A stretch of 63,395 nucleotides of DNA, taken from NCBI RefSeq assembly GCF_036971445.1, contig NC_091469.1, forward strand, positions 292,082,001-292,145,395, written 5' to 3'. The stretch comes from Narcine bancroftii. Its lineage: Eukaryota. The position numbers and the translations under genes were made by a program. A model generated the notes under the pieces. The model was given only the letters and a program-made list of their open reading frames with translations, was not told the DNA's origin and did no database searches. Below, one piece after another: positions 62,233 through 63,395 of this stretch (its first letter is position 1; each line of letters begins with the position of its first letter).

Positions 62233-63395
62233 TTCACCCCTTCTTTGAGAACTGACCCCGGGGTGGATGGAAGGCTGTTTTAAAAAAAAAAAAAGAAAAA
62301 AAGGGCCCGGTGGAGGTTAGGGGCTGTACCGGTCAGGGGACCTGGTCATCCGGCATGACGGCCGTGGTGCCGGGATTGGGGTCGCTGGAGTCGTGTTGCT
62401 GGCAGGCTCGTCAGGTGTGGCCACTGCTTCTCTCAATTCCCCAACATCTTTGTTGACAGTCTGACCTGAGCTGGTGGGGTGGTGCTGGTCCCTCTGTTAA
62501 AGCACATGTCCTGGGGGAGAAGGATTTGGGGGAGGTTGGGTTGGGCCTGATCCGGCTTGGGCTAGGTCCCTTACCGAGACTGTGTCCTCCCGCCCGTGCG
62601 GGTACTCAATGTAGGCATAATGCAGGTGCGCATGGAGCAAAGTCATTCCGTCAACCAAGGGGTTGTTCTTTGAGTACTGGACGTGGCACCGCAGGAGGAC
62701 TGGCCTGGGAACTGTGAGCCATGCCGGTTTGGTTGTTCCCGATTTGGATTTCCTCAGGAAAGAGAACATCTTTTCATGGGGATTGGCATTGGTCACAGTG
62801 CATAGGAGGGAGCAGATGAAGTGTAGGGCACCAGTGAGCACGTCCTGCCAGTGAGAGGTGGGGAGTCCTTTGGACTGGAGGGCAAGCGTAACCGCTTTCC
62901 AGACGGTGGCATTCTCTCTTTCGACCTGCCCATTACTGTGTGGGTTATAGCTGGTGGTCCTGTTTGAAGCAATACCACGCTCCAGAAGGTACTGCCGCAG
63001 CTCCACACTCATAAACGAGGACTCCCTGTCACTGTGGATGTAACTGGGGTACCCGAAGATGGCGAAGATTCTGTGCAGGGCCTCTATGACTGAGGAGGCG
63101 GTCATGTCCGAGCAGAGCACAGCGAACAGGAAACTGGAGTACTTATCGATTGCCGTAAGTATGTAGGTAGGGGCCCCTTGAAGTCCATGCTGAGACGCTC
63201 AAAGGGGCGGGTGGCTTTGATGACGTGGGTGTTCTCTGGACAGAAGAAGGGCTTGCACTCAGTGCACACCGGGCAGCCTCGGGTCATGGAGCGAATCTCC
63301 TCGGCCGTGTAGGGCAGGTTGCGAGCTTTGACAAAGTGTGCGAACCTAGTGACCCCTGGTGCTCTCAGCCAATCACAGTCATCCTACACTACAAT
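62002..63395 (-). mobile_element. Gypsy-like LTR retrotransposon, internally deleted, in PSMD13 intron 6
   Basis: Integrase remnants HPGVTR..CPVC, SMDFKGPLP, IHSD, NGQVERENAT; polypurine tract AAAGAAGGGGTGAA at 62233-62246; 3' LTR at 62002-62232; part of a second LTR at 63361-63395. Confidence 0.9.

Overview
Vertebrate genomic DNA, not prokaryotic. The repeat content (CR1/HER1-like LINEs, HE1/V-SINE-like SINEs, Penelope, Rex1 and L1 remnants) points to a cartilaginous fish, probably a ray; this is inference. The window holds the gene block BET1L(-) / RIC8A(+) / SIRT3(-) / PSMD13(+), the same order and orientation as human 11p15.5. I reconstructed a complete 10-exon RIC8A CDS by hand (20274-39949, 1611 nt, 536 aa, all GT-AG, phases consistent). 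I also reconstructed the SIRT3 catalytic exons plus candidate 5' and 3' exons (about 369 aa), PSMD13 exons 1-6, and only exon 1 of BET1L. Both head-to-head gene pairs sit on very compact CpG-rich promoters. The introns hold a full-length, recently inactivated 6.0-kb L1 with a 14-bp TSD, a 5'-truncated L1 with a TSD, a decayed Tigger/pogo transposase, hAT and Tigger MITEs, an internally deleted Gypsy element, an RTE 3' end and several G/C-skewed minisatellites. The least ordinary observations are (i) a dispersed family of minimal hammerhead-ribozyme-like motifs with covarying stems in Penelope-type repeats, (ii) a nested hAT MITE built from two inverted copies of a smaller MITE that also occurs alone, (iii) two adjacent 28-bp G-run arrays starting right behind the weak PSMD13 exon 1 donor, and (iv) an RTE tail that resembles the horizontally transferred AviRTE family from memory. 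I found no evidence of a wholly new protein-coding system.
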